The notes under the pieces: model-generated
What the model saw: the letters and a program-made list of their open reading frames with translations, nothing else
What the model was told of the DNA's origin: nothing
Databases searched by the model: none
Part shown: positions 23,488 to 32,733 of the stretch, one piece after another
Layout of the letters: every line of letters starts with the position of its first letter
Position numbering within the stretch: the first letter of the stretch is position 1
Assembly (NCBI RefSeq): GCF_004010195.1
Contig: NC_057753.1
Span: forward strand, 10,503,159 to 10,538,771
DNA length: 35,613 bases
Origin: Chiloscyllium plagiosum
Taxonomy: Eukaryota
Direction: 5' to 3'
Position numbers and translations under genes: made by a program

Positions 23488-24035
23488 TGGTCTTATCTAC
23501 ATGGGGGAGACCAAGCCTAAACTTGGAAATGGTTCGCTGACCATCACAGCTAGGTCGACAGAGGCTGACCAGACCTCCCAGTCACCACCCATTTTATTTC
23601 CCTTTCCCACTCCCTTTCTGACATGACCACCTTTGGTCTTGTCCATTGCCACAATGAATCAAACCGCAAATTGGAGGAACAACACTTCATCTTCCGCCTG
23701 TGCAGCCTACAGCACAGAGAACTCAACTTTGACTTCTCCAATTTCAAATAACCTCCCTTCCGATCTCCTAACTCCCTTCCCAGGCCCTCCGCCCTCCTCC
23801 TCCCTTCCATTTCTCCCTGCCACCAACCATATTCTTTCCTCCCACTGACCAACCAGGTCATGCCCTCTACCGGTCATCACCTATCCCCACTTCACCACCC
23901 TGCCCCCAGCACCTCCTTTACCTGCAGCTCACACACATCCCAGTCCTTGAAGAAGGGTTACACCCAAAAAGTTTACTTCTGCACCTCCTGATGCTGCCTG
24001 GCTTGCTGTGTTCTTCCAGCCTCCTTCCTGTCTAT
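23488..24035 (+). mobile_element. Neptune-type PLE 3' fragment with TSD
   Basis: CGLIYMGETK GIY-YIG remnant; TSD TTTGCCAATTG at 23477-23487 and 24036-24046. Confidence 0.8.
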
Positions 24036-24139
24036 TTTGCCAATTGCGACATAGAGATGGTTCAACTTTTCCAGAATCTGACCCCACCCAGGATTCACTC
24101 CCTTTCCTGTCTGTTGCTGAAGCCCAAAATAAAAAAAAA

Positions 24140-24470
24140 AGGAAAGGGGGTGAGAAAAATAGAGTGCCGTACTCACAGATGTTGGACAGAGGTAGGAAGT
24201 TGTTGTCTGGGGTGAAGCTCAATCTTGATTCAAAAAGAGATGAGCAGCAGCTTCAGCTTCAGAAGCTCATGGTCAAACTTCCGCATTCAGAGAGTGGGGC
24301 ATTCTGATTGGAAGGAGGACCAGTCTCCTTCCGGTCCTCCACGTTCTTCTATTGGTCCATCGGAAGAGGGTCACGCGCCTTCTCTGCGACAATGAGGAGT
24401 TTGTGCAGTGATTTGCTGACACCGCCGAGCACGCGCACTATGCTCTGCGGATACGCTGCCGTTCTTGACT
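24140..24470 (-). promoter_or_regulatory. Paralogous promoter and first-exon module (copy 4, motifs intact)
   Basis: Aligns to 3915-4110. Donor GT at 24176-24175, ETS at ~24277, 24328 and 24361, ATTGG at 24307 and 24351; CpGs retained. Confidence 0.6.
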
Positions 24471-24594
24471 GATTTTAAGAGTCCAAATGCCTATTTGGAG
24501 GAAAAAACAAGGGCAGAGCTACAATTTTTACTTCTCTCTGTGACTCGACATTTTATTCCTTTTGCACTTTGTCTGGCTGCTCAACTTTTGTATG

Positions 24595-24885
24595 TAGGGA
24601 GGGTGAGTCCAAAATTAGAGGGAATAGGTTTAGGGTGAGAGGGGAAAGATTTAAGAGGGATTCAAGGGGCAACCTTTTCACACAGATGGTGGTGTATGTA
24701 TGGAATGAGCTGCCGGAGGAAGTGGTGGAGGCTGGTACAATTACAACATTTAAAATACATCTGGATGGGTGTATGAATAGGAAGAGTTTAGCGGGATATG
24801 GGCCAAATGCTGGCAAATGAGTCACTAGATTAATTTAGGATATCTGGTCAGCCTGGACTGACAGGTTTGTTTCTGTGCTTTATAG
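24595..24885 (+). mobile_element. CR1 3' end
   Basis: RGNRFRVRGERFKRDSRGNLFTQMVVYVWNELPEEVVEAG. Confidence 0.8.
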
Positions 24886-24944
24886 CTGTTTCTACATAGT
24901 CAGAACCAATTTTACAAGACTACGAATAGGCCAGTCACTCCTTA

Positions 24945-25255
24945 AAGTCGAGAGTGCGCTTATGGAAAAGCATAGCAGGTCAGGCAGCATCCAAGGAGCA
25001 ACATTTCAGGCAAGAGCCCTTAATCAGGAATGAGGGTTGAGCTGAGGAAGTGGAGAGATAAATGGGAGGGGGGTGGTGGGGCTGGGGGCAACATAGCTGA
25101 GAGTACGATAGGTAGACCAAGGTGGAGTAATGGTGATAGGTCGGAAAGCAGGGTGGGGCAGATAGGTGGGAAGGAAGATGGTCAGGCAGGACAGTTCATG
25201 AGGGCAGTGTCGAGTTGTAAAATTGTAACTGGGATAAGGTGGGGGAAGAGGAAAT
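24945..25255 (-). mobile_element. PLE 3' UTR/pLTR fragment
   Basis: Homologous to 26222-26520; decayed hammerhead at about 25000-25031. Confidence 0.7.
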
Positions 25256-26045
25256 TCCCCTTCCCTTCCCTCTCCCCACCACCTTATCCCCATTCCAAAC
25301 CTCCCACTCAGGTTACAAGTGGATCACTCTAAGCTCTACTCCCACCTGAATGTCCTCAGACAATCATATTTTCAATTTGTCCTTCCCCCTAAAACTTGAC
25401 TTTTTTTAAGTTAGCAGATTCCAAGCCTTCCTACAGATAAATGTTAACAACTAAAATACACAAAGCAACATTTCAAAACTAATCAAAGACTGTCCATGTT
25501 CTGTACAAATCATTACAGACGCCAGTGTTCTGGGATCCCCAGTCATCTCCCTGTACAAGCTGTTATTTTCATGAAATAATCTGACAATTGTTGACTTCCA
25601 TCAACCTCTTCAATCCTGAGAAATTTCCTCTGCAAAGTTTGGTTCATGTTAGCAAGTTCAATCCTCCTGTGTTTCTCAGGAACACATTTTATAACGAGAG
25701 GCTTTCTCAATGCCTGTGTAATGTTCAGTGGAGAAATTACTTTCAGTCCAACAGTTAGAATTCCTCAGAACTGTTTTTTGGACAAATGCACTGCTCCCAC
25801 AAGAGATTGTGGTTCCACAGTTAAAATGCTTTTAACAGCCTTTTTTTTTGTTTCCCCGCCTTTCCAAGGTACAGAATTTCTCCCACCAGAAATAATTTGC
25901 CCAGAAAACAATTCAGCAGGAAAATGATTATGGAGCTATCAGTAAAAGTGTCTCATTTGGGTTACCCAAGGGTAGAAATGGAAGAACATATCTTTTCAAG
26001 GTTACTGTTTGATTTGCCCCTTCAACATTCCTAGAATTTAAGGTG

Positions 26046-26081
26046 ATTCCTGAAGAAGGGTTTATGCCCGAAACGTCGATT
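26046..26081 (+). ncRNA. Minimal type I hammerhead ribozyme motif
   Basis: attc-CTGAAGA-a-gggt[ttat]gccc-GAAA-C-GTC-gatt. Confidence 0.68.
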
Positions 26082-26181
26082 CTCCTGTTCCTTGGATGCT
26101 GCCTGACCTGCTGCACTTTTCCAGCAACATATTTTTAAGCTCTGATTCTCCAGCATCTGCAGTCCTCACTTTCTCCTAGTT
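26046..26181 (+). mobile_element. Solo pLTR insertion with 12-bp TSD
   Basis: TSD GAATTTAAGGTG at 26034-26045 and 26182-26193; the insert starts exactly at hammerhead stem I. Confidence 0.85.
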
Positions 26182-26280
26182 GAATTTAAGGTGTTCCAGT
26201 GTAGTGTTTAATTATGATTCAGGTTGAAACTTTATTGCTGGAACAGCACAGCAGGTCAGGCAGCATCCAGGGAACAGGAG

Positions 26281-26316
26281 ATTCGACGTTTCGGGCACAG
26301 GCCCTTCTTCAGGAAT
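26281..26316 (-). ncRNA. Minimal type I hammerhead ribozyme motif
   Basis: Exact reverse complement of 27197-27232. Confidence 0.75.
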
Positions 26317-26702
26317 GAGCAGAGAGTGTTCAGCAGGAGAAGATAAAAGGTAGGGAGGAGGGGCGTTGGAAATGTGATAGGTGGAAAGAGGTCAAGGTGA
26401 GGGTGATAGGTCGGAGTAGGATGGAGGCGGAGAGGTCAACAAGAAGACTGCAGGTCAGGAAGGCGGTGCCAGGCGGGAGGGATTCGTCTGAGACAAGGTG
26501 GGGGGAGGGGGAATGAAGAAACTGGTGAAGTCCAAGTTCATCCCCTGCGGTTGGAGGGTTCCCAGTCGGAAGATAAGACGCTCCTCCTCCGACCGTCGGG
26601 TTGTTGTGGTTTGGCGGTGGATGAGTCCAATGACCTGCATATCCTCGGTGGAGTGGGAGGGGGAGTTGAAATGCTGTGCCACAGGTTGGTGGGGTTGGTT
26701 CG

Positions 26703-27164
26703 NNNNNNNNNNNNNNNNNNNNNNNNNNNNNNNNNNNNNNNNNNNNNNNNNNNNNNNNNNNNNNNNNNNNNNNNNNNNNNNNNNNNNNNNNNNNNNNNNN
26801 NNNNNNNNNNNNNNNNNNNNNNNNNNNNNNNNNNNNNNNNNNNNNNNNNNNNNNNNNNNNNNNNNNNNNNNNNNNNNNNNNNNNNNNNNNNNNNNNNNNN
26901 NNNNNNNNNNNNNNNNNNNNNNNNNNNNNNNNNNNNNNNNNNNNNNNNNNNNNNNNNNNNNNNNNNNNNNNNNNNNNNNNNNNNNNNNNNNNNNNNNNNN
27001 NNNNNNNNNNNNNNNNNNNNNNNNNNNNNNNNNNNNNNNNNNNNNNNNNNNNNNNNNNNNNNNNNNNNNNNNNNNNNNNNNNNNNNNNNNNNNNNNNNNN
27101 NNNNNNNNNNNNNNNNNNNNNNNNNNNNNNNNNNNNNNNNNNNNNNNNNNNNNNNNNNNNNNNN
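26703..27164. other. Assembly gap (N run)
   Basis: 462 consecutive Ns. Confidence 1.
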
Positions 27165-27196
27165 ATATATCTTCTCCTACTGAACACTCTCTGCTC

Positions 27197-27232
27197 ATTC
27201 CTGAAGAAGGGCCTGTGCCCGAAACGTCGAAT
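27197..27232 (+). ncRNA. Minimal type I hammerhead ribozyme motif (perfect stems)
   Basis: attc-CTGAAGA-a-gggc[ctgt]gccc-GAAA-C-GTC-gaat. Confidence 0.78.
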
Positions 27233-27659
27233 CTCCTGTTCCCTGGATGCTGCCTGACCTGCTGTGCTGTTCCAGCAATAAAGTTTCAACTTTGATCTCC
27301 AGCATCTGCAGACCTCACTTTCTCCTCCTTAATTATGATTCAAGCAGTATTCACTCTCATCTGAATGCAGAACCAACTGTCTGAACAAGCATAACAACTT
27401 TTCTGTATGCTCTTTAGCTGTGATATCCTCTTTCCCCCTCTCTCTGTTGACTCAGGATTATCATGGCTAGAAATACCACTCTCGAAATACGATTGCTGAC
27501 CTACAGTTTGCTTGTGCTGCTTAACATAAGGATTTAAAAGCTGCTAGTCTGATCTCACACAAAGCACAAAAACAGACTGTTCAACCGTGCCTGCGCAGAG
27601 GAGGGATTTCACTTGGAATAGATCACAAAATAACAACAGGCACCAGTGTGTTTCCCATG

Positions 27660-28228
27660 GACAAAATTAAAAATCACAACACCAGGTTATTGTCCAGGAG
27701 ATGTATTTGGAAGCACTAGCTTTTGGAGTGGTTGTGGAGAATGAGGTCATGATCACAGAATTTACATCCAAACGAGTCCAGTGTCATGGAGATGTGATTC
27801 ACTAAACAATTTTAGATTAAATCTTTCACCTTTTAAAATTTGTTTCTGTTCCTTGCAATGTTAATCCCAGAACTTGTTTTAAATTACCTTCTCAGGATAA
27901 TTCTAAAATGTCAGTCAACATTGGGACACAGACAGAATTCACACCTACTATTAGAAAAGCTCTGCATTGAAATTACATTCTTGAGAATGTTATTTAAAAC
28001 AAGTTCTGGGATTAACATACCAAAACACAGACACCCATTCTAAAAGATGAAAGATTTAATCTAAAATTGTTTAATATATCACATCTCCATGACACTGTAC
28101 TCCTTTGACTATAAATTCTGTGATCGTGATCTCATTCTCCACAACCACCTGATGAAGGAGCAGTGCTCCGAAAGCTAGTGCTTCCAAACAAATCTGTTGG
28201 ACTTAGTGTTGTGTAATTTTTAAACTTT
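27660..28228. mobile_element. Inverted pair of a further PLE-like family 3' repeat (family B)
   Basis: About 27660-27900 is the reverse complement of about 27970-28228; related copies at 8360-8640 (-), 15300-15675, 19060-19190 (-), 29580-30215 and 34515-34950 (-). Confidence 0.65.
28146..28180 (+). ncRNA. Minimal hammerhead ribozyme motif (family B, CUA cleavage triplet)
   Basis: cac-CTGATGA-a-ggagc[agt]gctcc-GAAA-G-CTA-gtg. Confidence 0.72.
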
Positions 28229-28239
28229 GGCCATATGAT

Positions 28240-28700
28240 AAATTACCTATAGTGCCCAGGGATATGCAGGTTAGGGTGGATTGGCTATGCTAAGTTACCC
28301 ATAGTGTTCACTGTTGTGCAGGTTCAGATGGATTGGTTGTACTAAATTCCCATAGTGTCCAGGGATGTGCAGGTTAGGGTGCTTTGGCCATGGGAAATTG
28401 CCCATTGTATCCAGGGATGTGTAGATGAGGGTGAACTGGCTATGCTAAATTGTCCCTTGATGCCCAGGGATGTACAGGTTAGGGTTGACCTTCTGTGCTA
28501 AATTGTCCCATAGTACCCAGGGATGAGCAGATGAGGATGAATTGGTCACACTAAATTACGCATAGTGTCCAGGGATGTTCAGGTTTGGGTGGATTAGCCA
28601 TGGGAAATACAGGGTAAGGGGGTGAAAATGGGTGAAATGCTCTTCGGAGGGCCATTGTGGACTCAATGGGCCGAATGTCGTGCTTCCACATTGTCTGAAT
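28240..28700 (+). repeat. SINE-derived minisatellite (about 7 x 52 bp) followed by the SINE 3' end
   Basis: Unit approximately ATAGTGTCCAGGGATGTGCAGGTTAGGGTGGATTGGCCATGCTAAATTGCCC, matching the V-SINE segment around 7183-7228. Confidence 0.8.
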
Positions 28701-28797
28701 TCCATGACTCCCCCCACAAAGGAGCATTTTATCTGCATCTATCCTGTCAAGCCCCTTTCAGAATTCTACTGGTTTCAATAAGATCACTTCTGCCTCT

Positions 28798-29560
28798 TAG
28801 TGTGATAGAGGTACACAGCACAGGAACAGACCCTTCGGTCCAACTCATCCATGCCGACCAGGATTCCCAAACTAAATTAGTCCCACTTGCCTGCATTTGG
28901 CCCATATCCCTCTAAACCTTTCTATTCATGTACCCATCCAAATAGTGTTTAAATGTTGTAACTGTACCTGCATCTACCACTTCCTCAGCAAGTTCATTCC
29001 ACACACAAACCACCCTCTGTCAAAACGTTGCCCCTCAGGTTCCTTTTAAATCTCTGTCCTTTCACCTTAAAAAAAATTCCCACTAGTTTTGAGCTCCCCT
29101 ATGGTAAGAAAGAACCCTTTACTATTCACCTTATCTCCCTCCTCATGATTTTATAAATCTCAATGAGGTCACCCCTCAACATCCTACGCTCCAGTGAAAA
29201 AAGTCCCAGCCTTTCCTTATAACTCAAACACTCGAGTCCTGGGAACGTCCTGCCAAATCTTACTGAACCCTCTCCAGTAGTATTCTTCCTATTACAGGGC
29301 CACCAGAACCATACTCAGTACTCTAAAAGCAGCCTCACCAACATCCTGTACAACCTCAACATGATATCCCAACTGCTATATTCAGTGGTGTGAACAATGA
29401 AGGCAGGTGTGCTAAATGCCCTTTTTTCCACCCTGTCTACCAGTGAGGCAACTTTCAAAGAACTATGTACCTGAACTCCCCCATATCTCTGTTCTATAAC
29501 ACAACCCACGGCCTTACCATTAACTATCCTTCCTTGTTTTAGCAAAATGCAACCCCTCCC
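28798..29560 (-). mobile_element. CR1 3' portion
   Basis: GVQVHSSLKVASLVDRVEKRAF...LYRMLVRLLLEY. Confidence 0.8.
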
Positions 29561-29579
29561 TTTTATCCATTCATCTCTC

Positions 29580-30215
29580 ATACACATGCTCCCCCCTCAG
29601 ACACATTCCCCAACACTCACACCCTCTCACAGGCTTATACTCCATCGCACTTTCACTTCACCAAGCATGCACACACTCAAACACACACTCTCATGCACAG
29701 GCACACACATAAATCTATTGTGTGAATTTAAATTTGCAGAATTATATTTGTAAATACATTCAATTTTGCTCAAGAAGCATACAATCTGCATGCTGTGATT
29801 CCATGTAATATTTGATAAATTCTTACTTTGAAAATAGAACCAGTCTGATTAAAGCTTGGGGTACTGACAGATTCAAACCTCACACCTTTAATGCATTGTC
29901 TGAACTGAGGATATCACCTCTTTTTACAAAACCTTAAGTCATCTTGAGAATGTGAATTAAAAGTAGTTCTGGGATTTACATATTAATGAACCGGAACTTG
30001 CAACCCATCCTAAAAGATGAAAGACTTAACAGCAATCTAGGTTTGTTCAATATATCCTATCAGTTGCATGATATCATGATCTTTTGCTATAAAATCTGTG
30101 TCTCATGATCCTGCTCCACAGCTGCCCAATGAAGGAGCAGCGCTCTGAAAGCTACTGCTTCCAAATAAACCTGTTGGACTATAACCTGGTGTTGTGTGAT
30201 TTTTAACTTTGTCCA
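29580..30215 (+). mobile_element. PLE-like family B 3' region
   Basis: Ends with a decayed hammerhead and cttccaaataaacctgttggactataacctgg; homologous to 15300-15675. Confidence 0.6.
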
Positions 30216-30535
30216 CCCTAGTGCAACACTGGAGTGATGGGATTGCTGTTCCAGCAATAAAGTTTCAACTTTGATGGGATTTTCCCACAACAGTCCACAT
30301 CGTTTCTAGTGACAACAACCCACGCCTCCCGGTGCTGCCAGTAAACTTTACAATGCCGATGAAACAATGCACTCCTGAAAAATTTACAATTTCCAATGAT
30401 ACTAGCTACTCATTCACTCATGACATTGGAAACTTAGTGCAGGAGGCTGAAAGAAATGAGCAGCTTTAATACAAAAACCTCTTGGAGCTCAAAACTTCAA
30501 TGAAAGTCTGAGCCCAGTGGTAAGTTCAGGTAACC

Positions 30536-30541
30536 TTTATT
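30536..30541 (-). promoter_or_regulatory. Candidate poly(A) signal AATAAA for ZNF-C
   Basis: Homologue of 15929-15934. Confidence 0.4.
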
Positions 30542-31593
30542 GCAACTCAACTTTGTCACAGCTTCAGAACCCTCCCAGCAAAAAGACGTAGAAAAAGTAG
30601 CTTACATATTTAAACAGCTCAAGGTCAAAGTGCACAACCCCCACACATACCCCCTTTGTCACTATTGGTCAGCACTGAGTTATCCCTTTGTAATTGGATC
30701 CTTGGTATAGCCTTAACCTGTAGGAAGTATTGCCTCACTCAGCAATTTCAATCCATACCCTGTATCCAACTACATTTCTCCCCACGCATTTGTTTTTTTT
30801 GGGAGTGGGGGAGAAAGAGTGTGTAGACTCAATCACACTGCTGTGGATCTGGAGTCACGTATAGGCCAGACCGAGTAAAGGATGCAGCTGGGACAATTGA
30901 GTGACTACTTTCCCACAACAGTTTCCTTCCCTAAAAAGGATATGAGTGAACCAGATGGGAACTGTGAATGGGCGCCCTGCAATATTCATCTATTTCTTAC
31001 AGACTGGGACTCATTCCCAGAAAGAGCCAACAATCCCTTAACTGGACAGAAAGAAACTCGAGTGAAACAGCTGGTTGCCAAAGCCTCCAAAATCTGCAGC
31101 TGCTGGTCCAGAAGCAATTTTCTCTCTTTGTTTAAAAAGAGAATTAACATATCCGGTGGTTGGCTGCTGAGAATCGGTCCTCCCTTGACTGACCAACTCA
31201 ACAACCAACGAGCTGCCAGCCCCAGGCAAGGCAAGACACAGAGCTGTATCATCCACAGTACTCCCTAGGCTAGGAATTAGGATTCACTATCTTCCAGGCC
31301 AGTCACCAATAGCAATCATCTGAGTTGTCTTCCTTCTCTCTTAAGCATGCAGTTTCTCACCTGATCTGAACTTCTCAGTCCCACCCAAATAAAAACAGCA
31401 ACAACTGAAAAACAGTGGCAACAGCAGTGATATATTTCAGGGGAAGCTGGATACAGAAAGACATAGGGAGGAGATGAAGAGGCCGACAGGAAGCAAAGTT
31501 GGGGAGGGGAGGGAAAGAGAGGCCGATCCATTCGAAAACAAAAAAATTCCACCCACTCTCCCACTGCACCCCCCTGTCAGAACAGGCAAGGGT

Positions 31594-32733
31594 TCAGTCC
31601 TGGGAGTGACCCACACCAGTGTCACCGGAGGAATCCGATTGTTGGGAGCGCTGGTGCCCCTGCTGGTGCTTCCGCAAGTTGCTGGAACATGCAAACCTGT
31701 GCCCGCACTCGGGGCAGGGGAAGGGCCTCTCCCCCGTGTGGACCCGCTGGTGTTTCCGCAGGTCGGAGGAATCACTGAAGGCTTTCCTGCATTTGGGGCA
31801 GCTAAAGGGCCTCTCCCCGGTGTGGACCCGCCAGTGGGTCTGCAGGGTGTCGACCCGGGTAAAGCCCTTCCCACACTCGGGGCAGCTGAAAGGCTTCTCC
31901 CCCGTGTGGATCCGCCGGTGCTCTAGCAGGTGAGAGGATTCGCTAAAGGCTTTCCCACACTCTGGGCACGGGAAGGGCCTCTCCCCCGTGTGGACCCGCT
32001 GGTGAGTCAGCAGGTGAGAGGACTCGCTGAAGGCCTTCCCGCACTCGGGGCATGGGAAGGGCCTTTCCCCCGTGTGGACCCGCCGGTGCCTCTGCAGGGA
32101 GGAGGAATCACTAAAGGCCTTCCCACACTCAGGGCAGCTGAAGGGCTTTTCCCCCGTGTGGACCCGCCGGTGCCTCTGCAGGTGGGAGGAATCGCTGAAG
32201 GCCTTCCCACACTCAGGGCAGCTGAAGGGCTTTTCCCCCGTGTGGACCCGCCGGTGCTTCACCATGTCAGAGGAATTGCTGAAAGCCTTCCCGCACTCGG
32301 GGCACAGGAAGGGCCTTTCCCCGGTGTGGACCCGTCGGTGGGCCACCAGGTGGGAGGCCTGGGTAAAGCCCTTCCTGCACTCAGGGCAGCTGAAAGGCCT
32401 CTCCCCCGTGTGGAACCGCTGGTGCTTCAGCAGGTGGGAGGACCGAATAAAGGCCTTCCCGCACTCAGGGCAGGAGAATGGCCTCTCCCCCGTGTGGACA
32501 CGCCGGTGATCCACCAGGGTGGAGGATTCGCTGAAGGCCTTCCCACACTCAGGGCAGGAGAATGGCCTCTCCCCGGTGTGACGGCGCCGATGACTCTCCA
32601 GGACACACGGAGCACGGAAGCCTTTCCCGCAGTCACCACACTTCCACGGTTTCTCCAAAGGGCGGGATTTCCTGGGTTTCTCCATGGCCGAAACGTCAGC
32701 CATAGAAAAGACTGCAGAGCCCTTCCCTGCCAT
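31594..32733 (-). CDS. Tandem C2H2 zinc-finger protein ZNF-C (379 aa; 12 fingers)
   Basis: Twelve C2H2 fingers. First ATG at 32733 (atcATGG); in-frame alternatives at 32703 and 32685, the latter homologous to the ZNF-B start. Confidence 0.9.
   Translation of the reverse strand: MAGKGSAVFSMADVSAMEKPRKSRPLEKPWKCGDCGKGFRAPCVLESHRRRHTGERPFSCPECGKAFSESSTLVDHRRVHTGERPFSCPECGKAFIRSSHLLKHQRFHTGERPFSCPECRKGFTQASHLVAHRRVHTGERPFLCPECGKAFSNSSDMVKHRRVHTGEKPFSCPECGKAFSDSSHLQRHRRVHTGEKPFSCPECGKAFSDSSSLQRHRRVHTGERPFPCPECGKAFSESSHLLTHQRVHTGERPFPCPECGKAFSESSHLLEHRRIHTGEKPFSCPECGKGFTRVDTLQTHWRVHTGERPFSCPKCRKAFSDSSDLRKHQRVHTGERPFPCPECGHRFACSSNLRKHQQGHQRSQQSDSSGDTGVGHSQD

Larger units (their letters stand above)
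26222..27328. mobile_element. Young Neptune-type PLE insertion with inverted pLTRs spanning an assembly gap
   Basis: 26223-26345 is a near-perfect reverse complement of 27168-27290; minus-strand peptide VAQHFNSPSH...EEERLIFRLGTLQPQGMN; TSD TTAATTATGATTCA at 26208-26221 and 27329-27342. Confidence 0.88.

Noticed and set aside
26330..27295. ORFs of 190-320 aa across the gap
   Set aside because: Artefacts of translating Ns; only the GIY-YIG tail is real.
31594..32733. Assigning a gene symbol (e.g. a mammalian ZNF number or PRDM9)
   Set aside because: Lineage-specific tandem fingers with no SET or KRAB domain; orthology cannot be supported.
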